DNA of 64,000 nucleotides from an uncultured Alphaproteobacteria bacterium (GTDB lineage: Bacteria > Pseudomonadota > Alphaproteobacteria > Rhodobacterales > Rhodobacteraceae): contig CAWJOI010000032.1 of NCBI GenBank assembly GCA_963844375.1, positions 55,221-119,220 of the forward strand. The letters are read 5' to 3'. How positions within the stretch are numbered: position 1 is the first letter of the stretch; every line of letters starts with the position of its first letter. Both the position numbers and the translations under genes were made by a program. Under the pieces are notes generated by a model. The model ran no database searches. It was not told the origin of the DNA and was given only the letters and a program-made list of their open reading frames with translations. This document shows, one piece after another, positions 14,133-25,599 of this stretch.

Positions 14133-15941
14133 ATGAGCCTGAACGCCACAGTCGCCCACGTCACCGATCGCATCGTGGAGCGCTCCAAGCCGGTGCGGCG
14201 GCAGTATCTCGCGCGGATGGCGAGGGCGCGGGAGGAAGGGCCGAGCCGGGCGCATCTGACTTGCGGCAACCAGGCACACGCCTATGCCGCGATGACGGCG
14301 GCGGACAAGGAAACGCTGGTGCGGGACAGCGCCGGGAACCTCGGGATCGTCACGGCCTACAACGACATGCTTTCGGCGCACCAGCCTTTCGAGACCTATC
14401 CGGCGTTGATCCGGGCCGCGGCGCGCGAGGTGGGCGGGACGGCGCAGGTGGCGGGCGGGGTGCCGGCCATGTGCGACGGCGTCACCCAGGGCCAGCCGGG
14501 GATGGAGCTGTCGCTCTTCTCGCGCGACGTGATCGCCATGGCGGCGGGGATCGCACTCAGCCACAACGTCTTCGACTCCACCGTCTATCTCGGCGTCTGC
14601 GACAAGATCGTGCCCGGCCTCGTCATCGCGGCGGCGACCTTCGGGCATCTGCCGGCGGTGTTCCTGCCGGCCGGGCCGATGACGAGCGGCATCGCGAACG
14701 ACCAGAAGGCCAAGGTGCGCCAGCAGTTCGCGACCGGCGAGGTGGGTCGCGACAAGCTGATGGAGGCGGAGATGGCCTCGTATCACGGCCCGGGGACCTG
14801 CACCTTCTACGGCACGGCGAATACCAACCAGATGCTGATGGAGTTCATGGGCCTGCACCTGCCGGGGGCGAGCTTCGTCAATCCGGGCACGCCCCTGCGG
14901 GAGGCGCTGACCGTCGAGGGGGCGAAGCGGGCGCTGGCGATCTCGGCGCTCGGCAACGAATACACCCCGGTCTGCGACGTGCTGGACGAGCGGGCGTTCG
15001 TGAACGGGATCGTCGGGCTGAACGCGACGGGCGGGTCGACGAACCTTCTCATTCACCTGATCGCCATGGCGCGCGCGGCGGGGATCCTCCTCGATTGGGA
15101 GGACTTCGCGGAGCTCTCCGACGTCACGCCGCTGATGGCGCGGGTCTATCCCAATGGACTCGCCGACGTGAACCACTTCCATGCGGCGGGCGGGCTCGGG
15201 TTCCTGATCGGCGAGTTGCTCGGGGCAGGGCTCCTGCATCCCGACACGCGCACGGTCGCAGGCGAGGGACTGGCGCGCTATACCCAGGAACCCAAGCTGA
15301 TCGATAGCGCGCTCGTCTGGGACGAAGGCACGCGCGAGACGCTGAACGACAAGGTGGTGCGCCCCGCCTCCGATCCCTTCGCGGCGACCGGCGGCACGCG
15401 GCGGCTCAAGGGCAACCTCGGGACCGGGGTGATGAAGGTCTCGGCGGTTGCGCCGGAGCGCCACGTGGTCGAGGCGCCCGTGCGGGTGTTCCAGGATCAG
15501 GAAGAGGTCAAGCGCGCCTTCCGCGCCGGGGAGTTCACCGAGGACACGGTGGTGGTGGTGCGCTTCCAGGGGCCAAAGGCGAACGGGATGCCGGAGCTTC
15601 ACAGCCTGACGCCGGTGCTGGCGGTGCTGCAGGACCGCGGGCTCAAGGTGGCGCTGGTCACCGACGGGCGGATGTCCGGGGCCTCGGGCAAGGTGCCCTC
15701 GGCGATACACGTCAGCCCGGAGGCGCTGGACGGCGGGCCGCTGGCGCGCCTGCACGACGGCGATTTCGTGCGGGTGGACGCGGTGGCCGGCACGCTGGAC
15801 GTGCTGACGCCGGGGGTGCTGGAGCGGCCGAACGTGCGGCCCGATCTGGTGGCCAACGGCTACGGGATGGGGCGCGAGCTCTTCGGGGTCTTCCGCAACC
15901 ACGTGGGGGCGGCGGAGGCGGGAGCCACGCCGTTCTTCTGA
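14133..15941 (+). CDS. edd: Phosphogluconate dehydratase
   Basis: [36 protein letters not shown]. Confidence 0.97.
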   Translation: MSLNATVAHVTDRIVERSKPVRRQYLARMARAREEGPSRAHLTCGNQAHAYAAMTAADKETLVRDSAGNLGIVTAYNDMLSAHQPFETYPALIRAAAREVGGTAQVAGGVPAMCDGVTQGQPGMELSLFSRDVIAMAAGIALSHNVFDSTVYLGVCDKIVPGLVIAAATFGHLPAVFLPAGPMTSGIANDQKAKVRQQFATGEVGRDKLMEAEMASYHGPGTCTFYGTANTNQMLMEFMGLHLPGASFVNPGTPLREALTVEGAKRALAISALGNEYTPVCDVLDERAFVNGIVGLNATGGSTNLLIHLIAMARAAGILLDWEDFAELSDVTPLMARVYPNGLADVNHFHAAGGLGFLIGELLGAGLLHPDTRTVAGEGLARYTQEPKLIDSALVWDEGTRETLNDKVVRPASDPFAATGGTRRLKGNLGTGVMKVSAVAPERHVVEAPVRVFQDQEEVKRAFRAGEFTEDTVVVVRFQGPKANGMPELHSLTPVLAVLQDRGLKVALVTDGRMSGASGKVPSAIHVSPEALDGGPLARLHDGDFVRVDAVAGTLDVLTPGVLERPNVRPDLVANGYGMGRELFGVFRNHVGAAEAGATPFF

Positions 15942-15969
15942 GACGGACCGATCAGCAGGGAGTGCCGCA

Positions 15970-16611
15970 ATGACACCTAAGGAAGCTTCGGCCTACGCCC
16001 GCGAGATCTGCGGCCTGGCGCCGGTCATCCCGGTGCTGGTGGTGAAGGACGTGGCGCACGCGGTGCCGCTGGCCGAGGCGCTGGTCAAGGGCGGTCTGCC
16101 GGTTCTGGAGGTGACGCTCCGTACGCCGGTGGCGCTCGAGGTGATCCGGGCCATGTCGCTGGTGCCGGGCGGCGTGGTGGGGGCCGGCACGCTCCTCACC
16201 CCCGCGGACGTGCGGGCGGCCAAGGAGGCGGGCGCGCTCTTCGGGGTGTCGCCGGGGGTCACCGACGCGCTGGTCGAGGCCTGCGAGGCGGAGGACCTGC
16301 CGCTCCTCGGCGGCACCGCCACGGTCAGCGAGGCGATGCGGATGCTGGAGCGGGGGTACGAGGTCTGCAAGTTCTTCCCGGCCGAGGCGAACGGCGGGGC
16401 GCCGGCGCTCAAGTCCTTCGCGGGCCCGCTGCCGCAGATGAGCTTCTGCCCGACCGGGGGCGTCACCCCGAAGAACGCGCCGGACTACCTAGGCTTGCCC
16501 AACGTTCTGTGCGTGGGCGGGTCGTGGGTCGCGGAGGCGGGGCTTTTGACCGCGGGGCGCTGGGACGAGGTGGAGCGGCTGGCGGCCGATGCCGCCCGGC
16601 TGAAGCGGTGA
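15970..16611 (+). CDS. eda: KDPG/KHG aldolase
   Basis: LEVTLRT, GAGT, KFFPAE, FCPTGG. Confidence 0.96.
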   Translation: MTPKEASAYAREICGLAPVIPVLVVKDVAHAVPLAEALVKGGLPVLEVTLRTPVALEVIRAMSLVPGGVVGAGTLLTPADVRAAKEAGALFGVSPGVTDALVEACEAEDLPLLGGTATVSEAMRMLERGYEVCKFFPAEANGGAPALKSFAGPLPQMSFCPTGGVTPKNAPDYLGLPNVLCVGGSWVAEAGLLTAGRWDEVERLAADAARLKR

Positions 16612-16616
16612 GCGGG

Positions 16617-18218
16617 ATGACCCAAACGATCTGGGGGGAGCTGGCGGCGGCGAAAGAGGCGGCCGGGGAGCGTCGGATCACCACGCTTTTCGAGCGCAAT
16701 CCGGTGCGGTTCGAGGAGTTCTCCGTGCAGCTCGGAGACATGCTGCTCGACTTCTCCAAGGTGAATCTCGACGCGCACGCGCTGACGCTCCTGATCCAGC
16801 TCGCCGAGGCGCGCGGGGTGCCCGAGCGGCGGGACGCCATGTTCCGCGGCGATCCGATCAACGTGACCGAGGGCCGGGCGGTGCTGCACACGGCGCTGCG
16901 CAACCGGGCCAACACGCCGGTCCTGGTCGACGGGCGTGACGTCATGCCCGAGGTGAATGCGGTGCTGGAGCGCATGGGCGCCTTCGCCCGGAGCCTGCGC
17001 GACGGGACGTATGCGGCGGCGGACGGCGGGAAGTTCACCGACGTGGTCAACATCGGCATCGGCGGCAGCGACCTCGGGCCGGTGATGGCGACGCTGGCGC
17101 TGGCGCCGTATCACGACGGGCCGCGGCTGCACTACGTCTCGAACATCGACGGCGCACATATCCACGACGTTCTGGCAGGGCTCGATCCGGCAAGGACGCT
17201 GGTGATCATCGCGTCCAAGACCTTCACCACCATCGAGACGATGACGAACGCGCGCACCGCCCAGGCCTGGCTGAAGGCCGAGCTCGGCAGCGACGCGGAC
17301 GGCCATTTCGCCGCCGTCTCCACCGCGCTCGACAAGACGGCGGCCTTCGGGATCGACCCGAGCCGGGTGTTCGGGTTCTGGGACTGGGTCGGCGGGCGCT
17401 ATTCTGTCTGGGGCGCGGTCGGGCTGCCGGTGATGATCGCCATCGGGCCGGAGCGGTTCGCCGAGTTCCTGACCGGGGCCTGGGAGATGGACCGGCATTT
17501 CGCCGAGGCGCCGCTGCCGGAGAACATGCCGGTGCTGCTCGCGCTGGTCGGGGTCTGGCACCGCAACGTCATGGGCTATGCGAGCCGGGCGGTGCTGCCC
17601 TATGACCAGCGGCTGTCGCGGCTGCCGGCGTACCTGCAGCAGCTCGACATGGAGTCGAACGGCAAGGCGGTGACCCTGGACGGGAGCGCGGTGGCCGGCG
17701 CCACGGGGCCGATCGTCTGGGGAGAGCCGGGGACCAACGGGCAGCACGCGTTCTATCAGCTGATCCACCAGGGGACCAACGTGATCCCTTGCGAGTTTCT
17801 CGTGGCGGCGAACGGGCACGAGACGGCGCTCAGGCACCACCACGACCTGCTGCTGGCCAACTGCCTGGCGCAGTCCGAGGCGCTGATGAAAGGGCGTACG
17901 CTCGAGGAGGCGCGGGCGACGGTGAAGGACCCGGCGCTGGCGCCGCACAAGGTCTTTCCGGGCAACCGGCCTTCGACGACCCTGGTCTATCCGCTGCTCG
18001 ACCCGGCGACACTGGGACGGATCATCGCGCTCTATGAGCACCGGGTGTTCGTCGAGGGGGTGATCTGGGGGATCAACAGCTTCGACCAGTGGGGGGTGGA
18101 GCTCGGCAAGGAGCTTGCGACGGCGCTGCTGCCGCTGGTCGAGAGCGGCTCGGGGTTCGGCGCGAAGGACGGCTCGACGGCGGGGCTGCTGACGGCGATC
18201 ACCGCGCTCCGCAGCTGA
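16617..18218 (+). CDS. pgi: Glucose-6-phosphate isomerase
   Basis: [31 protein letters not shown]. Confidence 0.97.
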   Translation: MTQTIWGELAAAKEAAGERRITTLFERNPVRFEEFSVQLGDMLLDFSKVNLDAHALTLLIQLAEARGVPERRDAMFRGDPINVTEGRAVLHTALRNRANTPVLVDGRDVMPEVNAVLERMGAFARSLRDGTYAAADGGKFTDVVNIGIGGSDLGPVMATLALAPYHDGPRLHYVSNIDGAHIHDVLAGLDPARTLVIIASKTFTTIETMTNARTAQAWLKAELGSDADGHFAAVSTALDKTAAFGIDPSRVFGFWDWVGGRYSVWGAVGLPVMIAIGPERFAEFLTGAWEMDRHFAEAPLPENMPVLLALVGVWHRNVMGYASRAVLPYDQRLSRLPAYLQQLDMESNGKAVTLDGSAVAGATGPIVWGEPGTNGQHAFYQLIHQGTNVIPCEFLVAANGHETALRHHHDLLLANCLAQSEALMKGRTLEEARATVKDPALAPHKVFPGNRPSTTLVYPLLDPATLGRIIALYEHRVFVEGVIWGINSFDQWGVELGKELATALLPLVESGSGFGAKDGSTAGLLTAITALRS

Positions 18219-18856
18219 TGCCGGGGCTGGACTTCGCGGCCGGCGAGGAGCGGCTGGTCCACGTGGACGCGCAGCTCCTCGTCTTCGACAAGCCATCGGG
18301 GCTGCTCAGCGTTCCGGCCAAGCCACCGGGGCCGGCGGATTGCCTCGAGGCGCGGGCGGCGGAGGCGTTTCCGGGTGCGCTGCTGGTGCATCGGCTGGAT
18401 CGGGACACGTCGGGGGTCATGGTCTTCGCCCGGACCCGGCTGGCGCAGCGGCATCTCAACTGGCAGTTCGAGCGGCGGCAGGTGGTGAAGGTCTATGTGG
18501 CGCGGGTGGAGGGCGAGGTCGCGGAGGAGGCGGGGCGGATCGAGCTGCCGCTCATCTGCGACTGGCCGAACCGGCCGCGGCAGATGGTCTGCCACCTGCG
18601 CGGGAAGGCGGCGGTGACCGACTGGCGGGTCGTCGCGCGCGAGGCCGGGGCGACGCGGCTGGAGCTTCGGCCGCTGACCGGGCGAAGCCACCAGCTTCGG
18701 GTGCATCTGGCGGAAATCGGGCATCCGATCCTGGGCGACCCGTTCTACGGCGACGCGGGGGCGGCGGATCGGATGCAGCTGCACGCGGCGAGGATCGGAT
18801 TCCGGCACCCCGACGGCGGGGCCTGGGTCGAGTTCGGCGCGGACGCGCCGTTCTGA
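18218..18856 (+). CDS. RluA-family pseudouridine synthase
   Basis: KPSGLLS, HRLDRDTSG, TGRSHQLRVH, ILGD. Confidence 0.92.
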   Translation: MPGLDFAAGEERLVHVDAQLLVFDKPSGLLSVPAKPPGPADCLEARAAEAFPGALLVHRLDRDTSGVMVFARTRLAQRHLNWQFERRQVVKVYVARVEGEVAEEAGRIELPLICDWPNRPRQMVCHLRGKAAVTDWRVVAREAGATRLELRPLTGRSHQLRVHLAEIGHPILGDPFYGDAGAADRMQLHAARIGFRHPDGGAWVEFGADAPF

Positions 18857-18859
18857 GCC

Positions 18860-19084
18860 ATGGACGGGCTGACGGCTTTTGGCTTGCTGGCGGTGTCGAT
18901 GATGCTCGCCTGCTATGCGCTGGAGGCCCGAAGCCCGTGGTTCGTGCTCGGGTTTGCGTTCGCCTGCGCGCTGGGGTCGGCCTACGGCTTCCTGCAGGGG
19001 GCGTGGCCGTTCGGGGTGGTGGAGGCAATCTGGGCGATGGTGGCGCTGCGGCGCTGGCATATCCGGGCAGGGGGCGATGGCTGA
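18860..19084 (+). CDS. Small membrane protein
   Basis: 74-aa hydrophobic ORF with GAWPFGVVE, coupled to neighbours. Confidence 0.7.
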   Translation: MDGLTAFGLLAVSMMLACYALEARSPWFVLGFAFACALGSAYGFLQGAWPFGVVEAIWAMVALRRWHIRAGGDG

Positions 19085-19357
19085 GGTCGTGGCGGTGCAG
19101 GTGCGGGTGACGGGGCGGGTGCAGGGTGTCTCGTACCGGTGGTGGACGCAGGGCGAAGCCGAGCGGCTGGGGCTGCGGGGTTGGGTGCGGAACGAAGCCG
19201 ACGGATCGGTGGCGGCGCTGCTGGTCGGGACGGAGACGGCGGTGGCGGCCATGGTCGCGGCGCTGAGGCGGGGGCCGCCGCAGGCGCGGGTCTCGGAGGT
19301 TTTGACCGAGGCGGTCAGGGTGGGCGAATGCCCCTGGGATTCGAGATCCGGGGCTAG
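19077..19357 (+). CDS. acyP: Acylphosphatase (frameshift near 3' end)
   Basis: GRVQGVSYR, GWVRN..DGSV; C-terminal GFEIRG in alternate frame. Confidence 0.88.
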
Positions 19358-19499
19358 CGAGTTCAGGTGCGAATCGGAGTTTCGCACGCGCTTATCGGTA
19401 GAGCGTTGATCTTGCAGGAATTCATGATCATTAAATTGGAGAGCAGAATGACCAGTGCCGGCAGCCACCTCTCGAAGGGCGCTTCGAACAGGCCTGCGC

Positions 19500-20402
19500 T
19501 CAGAGCCAGGCGGCGCCGCGGACGCCGGAGCTGTCGCCGTGGACGTTCGGGACGAGGCGGGTGTTGAACTTGTCTCCGAAAACATGCGGTTGGATGAGGG
19601 GCGGGACGGTCTCGTAGAGGCGGGAGACGTTGGAGAGGCCGCCGCCGAGGACGATGACGTCGGGGTCGAGGACGTTGACGATGACGGCGAGGGAGCGGCC
19701 GAGGCGGTCCTCGTAGCGGCGGAGGGTCTCCTCGGCGGTGGCGTCGCCGGCGGCGGCGAGGTCGACGATCTCCTGGGCTTTCGGGGCGTCCTCGGGGCGA
19801 GTGCCGGTGCGGCGGGCGAAGTCGGCGGCGAGGCTGGGGCCGGAGAGCCAGGCTTCGGTGTGGCCGGCGATTCCGCAGGAGCAGATCGGGCCGGGGCGCT
19901 CGTCGTCGAGGGGGGTGGGGAGCGGGATGTGGCCCCACTCGCCGCCGATGGCGTTGATGCCCTCGACAAGACGGCCATGCACCACGATGCCGCCGCCGAC
20001 GCCGGTGCCGAGGATCACGCCGAAGACGACCTCGGCGCCCGCGCCGCCGCCGTCCACGGCCTCGGAGAGGGCGAAGCAGTTGGCATCGTTGGCAATTTTC
20101 ACCGGTCGGTCGAGGGCGGCGGTGAGGTCGCCGCGCAGGTCGCGGCCGTGCAGCCAGGTGGAGTTGCCCTTGCTGACGTAGCCGGTGGCGCGGTCGACCG
20201 AGCCAGGGACGCCGATGCCGACGCTGTCGATGCGGCCGCCGGCCTCGGCCTCGAGGCGCTCGAGCAGGGCGCGGATGGTGCGCAGGCCGCCGTCGTAGTC
20301 GAAGCGCGGGGTGGGGACGCGGGCGCGGGCGCGTTGGGTGCCGTCGGGGGCGAGGACGATGCCTTCGATCTTGGTGCCGCCGTAGTCGAGACCCAGTCGC
20401 AT
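19500..20402 (-). CDS. ROK-family sugar kinase (Mak-like)
   Basis: DYGGTKIE, ANDANCFALSE, LGTGVGGG, GEWGH, GVRGAAWL. Confidence 0.92.
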   Translation of the reverse strand: MRLGLDYGGTKIEGIVLAPDGTQRARARVPTPRFDYDGGLRTIRALLERLEAEAGGRIDSVGIGVPGSVDRATGYVSKGNSTWLHGRDLRGDLTAALDRPVKIANDANCFALSEAVDGGGAGAEVVFGVILGTGVGGGIVVHGRLVEGINAIGGEWGHIPLPTPLDDERPGPICSCGIAGHTEAWLSGPSLAADFARRTGTRPEDAPKAQEIVDLAAAGDATAEETLRRYEDRLGRSLAVIVNVLDPDVIVLGGGLSNVSRLYETVPPLIQPHVFGDKFNTRLVPNVHGDSSGVRGAAWL

Positions 20403-20474
20403 CACCCCATCCTCCCCGGGTTTTGTGCAAGTATTACGGGGAGGTTGGCGTCCGCGCAACAAGCCGGCGGGAGA

Positions 20475-20512
20475 GGGAATCGGCGTATGGAATCCGTATG
20501 GAATCCGTATGG
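20475..20512. repeat. 11-bp tandem array (GTATGGAATCC x2.5)
   Basis: cgtatggaatccgtatggaatccgtatgg; GAATC at 20477, 20490, 20501. Confidence 0.85.
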
Positions 20513-20531
20513 GTGATCGCTGGGGCCGGGC

Positions 20532-21264
20532 TTACCCTGGCGAGAGGGCGGCGGGCCGGTCGGCGTGCGCTCTGAGGACGGTCTGCACGTCGGACGCGGC
20601 CGCGACCCAGCCGAGGAGAAGCTCGATGACGAGCAGGCTGGCCTCATGATTGCTGCGGGGGGCGTCGAAGGCGATGGGCTCCGCCGTGCAGTCGTCGAGG
20701 ACGACGCAGACGTAGTCGCGGAACATCGCGTCCCGCACGGTGGATTCGACGCAGACGCTGGTCGTGGCGCCGGTGAAGATGAGGTACTTCGCCCCGATGG
20801 CCTTGAGTTCATCGTCGAGGGCGGTGTCGAAGAACGCACTGTAGCGGGTTTTCCCCACCACCAGATCCCCGGGGTGCGGGGCGAGTTCGGGGACGATCGC
20901 GGTGTTCCAGGTGTCCTCGACGAGAATGCGCCCGATGCTTCCGTCCGGAGCGCGGGAACGTTGCGCCGAGCTGCATGCGCTGATGCTTGATGAAATGCGG
21001 CGCGCTCGCGGAGCCGGCGTCGCTGAGATCCGCCTTGTGCTGCTGTCGGGTGTAGAGGATCGGAAGCCCGGCGGCGCGGGCGTCCTGCAGGACCTCGGCG
21101 ATTTTCGGGACGATCGACCGGATGGGAGCGATGTCGATCCCGGCGCGCTGGAACATCCCGCCGTCCGAACCGAAGTCGTTCTGCATGTCGATGACGACCA
21201 GCACGGCGCGATCGAGGTCGATCTCGATCGGCGCGGGCCGGGCCGATAGGCTGGCGATGCGCAT
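20532..21264 (-). CDS. Isochorismatase-family cysteine hydrolase (RutB-like; frameshifted)
   Basis: VIDMQNDF, KTRYSAF, GATTSVCVESTVRDA. Confidence 0.85.
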
Positions 21265-21335
21265 CGGGGCCTCCGCGACAGAGTTTGCCACTGGCATGAT
21301 GAGCCCGGCGCGAATTTCCCGCAAGCCGGGCGGCG

Positions 21336-21935
21336 CTACTTGCGGCCCTGCGGGTAGATCGTCTCGCCGCGCTTCAGCATCTCGACGAAGCGGGCGATGT
21401 TCCGGGTGCGGGCGGCTTCGGTCTTGAGGTTGTGCAGGCGGAAGGCGAGGGCGTAGCGGTTCTGCGCGTTCAGCGTGGCGAAGGTGGCGCGGGCGGCGGG
21501 GTCGGCGTCGATGGCGGCCTGGAGGTCGGCGGGGATGACCATGTCGCGGGTGCCGGCATAGGCGCGCTGCCAGCGGCCGTCGGCCCTGGCGGCCTCGACG
21601 TGGGCGAGGCCGTGCGGGGTCATGCGGCCGTCGGCGATCAGGCGGGCGACGTTGTCGACGTTGATCTGGCTCCAGGTGCTCTTGCGGCCGCGCGGGGTGT
21701 AGCGCTGCAGGTAGCTGGTGGCGTCGAGGCCCTTGCGGATGGCGTCGATCCAGCCCCAGCAGAGCGCGACGTCGATGGCCTCGGTGGGCGTGATGGAGGG
21801 GAGGCCGGAGGCGCGCTTGTGGATCCTGATCCACACCTCGGGTTCGCTGGCGTGGTGGTCGGCGAGCCAGGCGTAGAAGCCGGCGGCGGTGGCGAACTCG
21901 CGGATTCGGGCGGGGTCGACGGTGACGGGGGCCAT
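21336..21935 (-). CDS. YdeI/OmpD-associated family protein
   Basis: ALCWGWID, TPRGRKSTWSQIN, GRMTPHG. Confidence 0.88.
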   Translation of the reverse strand: MAPVTVDPARIREFATAAGFYAWLADHHASEPEVWIRIHKRASGLPSITPTEAIDVALCWGWIDAIRKGLDATSYLQRYTPRGRKSTWSQINVDNVARLIADGRMTPHGLAHVEAARADGRWQRAYAGTRDMVIPADLQAAIDADPAARATFATLNAQNRYALAFRLHNLKTEAARTRNIARFVEMLKRGETIYPQGRK

Positions 21936-21970
21936 GTTCGGGAGGATCCGGCAGGCGGGCGTCGGAGGCA

Positions 21971-22942
21971 ATGGCCTACGGGGGGCTTTCGCGGCGCGGG
22001 CCGATGCTTAAGATCGCGGGCATGTTCTGGAAGCTGCCGGCGCTCGGCAAGATCAGCAGGATCGGGATGGTGCCGCCGCAGCCGGAGGCGGACCGGCATG
22101 GGCTGGCGGTGGCGCTGATCGTCAAGGACGAGGCGCGGCATATCGGCGAGTGGGCGGCGTTCCATCTGCGCGCGGGGGTGCGGCGGTTCCTGATCTATGA
22201 CAACGGCGGGCGGGACGCGACGATGGCGATCCTGCGCGAGGTGCTGCCGGAGGCGGCGCGGACCATCGTGCCCTGGCGGCAGGTCCTGAGCGACGCCTGG
22301 CTGGGGCGGGAGATCCACAACCAGGTGCTGGCCTACGCGCATGCGGCGTCGAATTTCGGCGGGGCGTTCCGCTGGATGGCGTTCATCGACGCCGACGAGT
22401 TCCTGGTGCCGAAGCGGGCGGAGACCCTGGACGCGGCGCTGGCGCACCTGGGGGAGGCGCGGAACCTGTCGCTGCCGTGGCACATGTTCGGGCGGTCGGG
22501 GCACCAGTCGCCGCCGGAGGGCGGGGTCCTGCGGAACTACCTGCGGCGGGCGCGCGATCCGATGAGCGAGGTGCGCGGGGTGCGGGCGTTCAAGTGCGTG
22601 GTGGATCCCTGCCACCTGACGGCGGTGCGGGTGCATTCCATGGAGACGGACGGCAGCGCCGCCACGGTCAACGACCGCGGCGAGGCGGCGGACGAGAAGA
22701 CGCGGGAGCGGCCGGGGTTCTATTCGGCGGACCACCTGCAGCTCAACCACTACTACACGCGCTCGGAGGCGGAGCTGGCGGCGAAGATCGGGCGGGGGCC
22801 GAACCTGGTGGCGAAGTCGCCGGAGTATGCGCGCAAGGTGCGCCGCACGGTGGCGAACATCGAGGCCGACGAGGTCGAGGACCGGGCGGCGCTCGACTAC
22901 CTGGCGCGGATCGGCTGGGAGGGCCCATGCGCACCGAGCTGA
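21971..22942 (+). CDS. Glycosyltransferase (GT92/GT2-like)
   Basis: IVKDEARHIGEW, YDNG, FIDADEF, NHYYTRS. Confidence 0.85.
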   Translation: MAYGGLSRRGPMLKIAGMFWKLPALGKISRIGMVPPQPEADRHGLAVALIVKDEARHIGEWAAFHLRAGVRRFLIYDNGGRDATMAILREVLPEAARTIVPWRQVLSDAWLGREIHNQVLAYAHAASNFGGAFRWMAFIDADEFLVPKRAETLDAALAHLGEARNLSLPWHMFGRSGHQSPPEGGVLRNYLRRARDPMSEVRGVRAFKCVVDPCHLTAVRVHSMETDGSAATVNDRGEAADEKTRERPGFYSADHLQLNHYYTRSEAELAAKIGRGPNLVAKSPEYARKVRRTVANIEADEVEDRAALDYLARIGWEGPCAPS

Positions 22943-23741
22943 TCGTCTCGACCTACAACAGCCCGCGGGCGCTGACGCTGTGCCTGACCTCGGTGGCGCG
23001 GCAGACGGTGTTGCCGGACGGCATCTGCATCGCGGACGACGGGTCGGGGCCGGAGACGAAGGCGGCGGTGGAGGCCTTCGCGGCGGCGCATCCCGAGCTG
23101 CCGGTGCGGCACGTGTGGCACGAGGACCGGGGGTTCGAGAAGGACGCGATCCTGAACCGGGCGATCGCCACCTCGGAGGCGGAGTTCCTGGTCTTCATCG
23201 ACGGGGACGTGCTGATCCGGCCCGGACTTCATCGCGCGGCACCTGGAGCTGGCGCGGCCGGACCGCTGGTCGCTCGGGGAGCCTGATCCGGCTCGACGCG
23301 GCGGCGACGGCGGCGGTGACGGAGGAGCTGGTCGCGAGCGGGCGGGTGTTCGAGCGCGGCTGGCTGAAGGCGAACGGGGCGATCGACCGGTTCGGGACCT
23401 GGCTGAAGACGAGGCCGCTTCCGGAGCCGGTGATGGCGGCGCTCGACGCGGCGACGCCGGTGCAGAGGGCCTGGGGCGGGGCGAATGCCTCGGCCTTCCG
23501 GGCGGCGCTGCTGAAGGTCAACGGGTTCGACGAGACGATGAAGTACGGCGGCGAGGACAAGGAGCTCGGCGTGCGGCTGAGCAATGCCGGCGTGCGGGGG
23601 CAGCACCTGCGCTATACCGCCTCGGTGGTGCATCTCGACCATCCGCGCGGCTATGTCGACAAGGCCTTGCAGCGGGAGAACAAGGCGCGGGTGAAGGCGG
23701 CGCGGCGGGAGGCAGGAGCTGGACGGCGGATGGCATCGTGA
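22927..23741 (+). CDS. GT2 glycosyltransferase with GT7-type C-terminus (frameshift ~23225)
   Basis: STYN, IADDGS, FIDGD; VNGFDE..YGGED. Confidence 0.85.
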
Positions 23742-23754
23742 AGCGGGCCGCAGG

Positions 23755-24541
23755 ATGATCGCCTATGTGATCAACCTCGCGCGGGCGCCCGAGCGCTGGG
23801 AATCGATCGACCCGCCTTACCGCGGAGCGGGGGCTGGCCGTCGAGCGGATCGAGGCCGTCGACGGTCGCGATCCGGCGGCGCTCGCCGGCAATGCGGCGG
23901 CTGCGGGGAGCGCCCTCAGCGCGGCGGAGGTCGCCTGCTTCGAGAGCCACCGCATCGCCTGGGGGCGGATCGCGGCGGGACCGCAGGCCTTCGGGCTGGT
24001 GCTGGAGGACGACGTCTTCCTTGCCGACATGGGATTGCTCGAAGCGCTTGCGGTGCAGGCCGGCGGGCTGGACATCATCAAGCTGAACGCGCATCTGCGC
24101 GGGATGCTGGTGCATACCGCGCCCGTCGCCCGGGTGGGGGACCGGGCGCTGCTGCGGCCGGCCCAGTGCACGAACGACTCCAGCGCCTACGTGATCTCGC
24201 GCGGTTTCGCGGCGCGAGCGCTGGAGATCCATCGCGGCTACCGCGCGCCGCTCGACGTCGCGCTGTTCGATCCGGCGCGCTGTCCGGCGCTGGCCCAGAT
24301 CGACCCGGCCATGGCGATCCAGCAGCGCTACGCCGATTTCCGCTTCCTCGGCCAGGGGGCGCGCAAGACCGATATCCAAGCGCGGAAGCCGGGGCCGCGC
24401 CAGACCCCGGCGCAGGCGGTCTCGCGCGAGCTCGCGCGGTTCTGGCGGCGGCGGCTCGTTCCGGCGGCGCAGCCGATCCTGAACCCGTTCCGTCCCGAGG
24501 CCGCGCGCCTCGCGCTGCGGGTGATCGAGTTCAAGGCCTGA
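23755..24541 (+). CDS. GT25 (LPS/LOS biosynthesis) glycosyltransferase (frameshift ~23815)
   Basis: YVINLARAPER, EVACFESH, LVLEDD, AYVISR. Confidence 0.85.
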
Positions 24542-24579
24542 GCGCGGGCGAGACCGGATTCCGCGGGGCGAGGCCTGAG

Positions 24580-25596
24580 TTAGCCGTTGAGCGGCCCGAG
24601 CATCGCGTTCCCGGTCGCCACGAAGTTCTCGAAGGCGTCCGCGGCGCGGGAATGGCCGTAGAGGAACGGATGGTTCCGCCGCTTCATCTCCACCAGCACC
24701 CGGTCGAGCGCCATATACTCGGCGGAGCCCCCCACGTATTGCCCGACGGCGAGGGCGTCCGCGATGCGCCGGTAGGAATCGGCATTGAACTTGAAGTGCC
24801 GGAGCGGCAGGAGCAGCCGAGTGGTCGGCTCGATCGTGGAACGGTGGGCGCCGAGGAGGCTGTCATCCGGGCGCCACTTCCGGAGAAACGGCTTCTGCAG
24901 CATGTTGTACCTTGGGTATCGGCGTTTCCCGATCACCCGGTTGAACCTGTCCTTCAGCTCCGGGCGGACGAGCCCGAGTTCGGCCATGAGCCGGGCGCGC
25001 ACACCCGGATAGAGAACCCGCGGATCCTGTCCCTCCCGGAGCTTGAGGTGTCGCTCGCCGTCGAAGAACCATTCGTCGTCCGGGTCGAACGGCCCTTCGC
25101 GCTCGAGATCCTCCAGCCGCGGAGGGTAGACGTCCAACATCACGCCGGTGATGCAGCGCGTCGCCAGGCGGTCGGCCAGTTGCGCGACGTCGGCCAGCTG
25201 GACGCCGGGCGGCAGCGCCACGAACTCGTCGGCATCGGCCAGGACCGACCAGCGCTCGGGCGCGAAGCGGGCGGCGAGGAGGCCCTTCCAGATGATCTGC
25301 ATCCGGACCTCCGAGCCGGCGAGCGGACCGCGCCGAGGGCACCACCAGCGTCGCCGTAACGCCGGCCGCTGCCGATCAACGTGACGTCCGGCTGACCGGC
25401 GAGAAAGTCGCGCGTGCCGTCGTCCGAGCGGTCGTCGAGCATCGAGGAAGTGCCCGACCCGACCCTGCGGTAGTGCGCGAGGAAGGCCGGCAGGAAGTAC
25501 ATCTCGTTCCGGACCACCGCGCAGAGCGGGAGGCCCTCGCGCGGGTGCGCGGGCTGGCGCGATGACCTCTAGGTCGTCCAGTTCCGCGTAAAGCAT
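24580..25596 (-). CDS. GT2-like glycosyltransferase (frameshifted)
   Basis: VRNEMYFLPAFLAHYR, DDRSDDGT, ADADEF. Confidence 0.8.
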   Translation of the reverse strand: MLYAELDDLEVIAPARAPARGPPALRGGPERDVLPAGLPRALPQGRVGHFLDARRPLGRRHARLSRRSAGRHVDRQRPALRRRWWCPRRGPLAGSEVRMQIIWKGLLAARFAPERWSVLADADEFVALPPGVQLADVAQLADRLATRCITGVMLDVYPPRLEDLEREGPFDPDDEWFFDGERHLKLREGQDPRVLYPGVRARLMAELGLVRPELKDRFNRVIGKRRYPRYNMLQKPFLRKWRPDDSLLGAHRSTIEPTTRLLLPLRHFKFNADSYRRIADALAVGQYVGGSAEYMALDRVLVEMKRRNHPFLYGHSRAADAFENFVATGNAMLGPLNG

Positions 25597-25599
25597 GGC

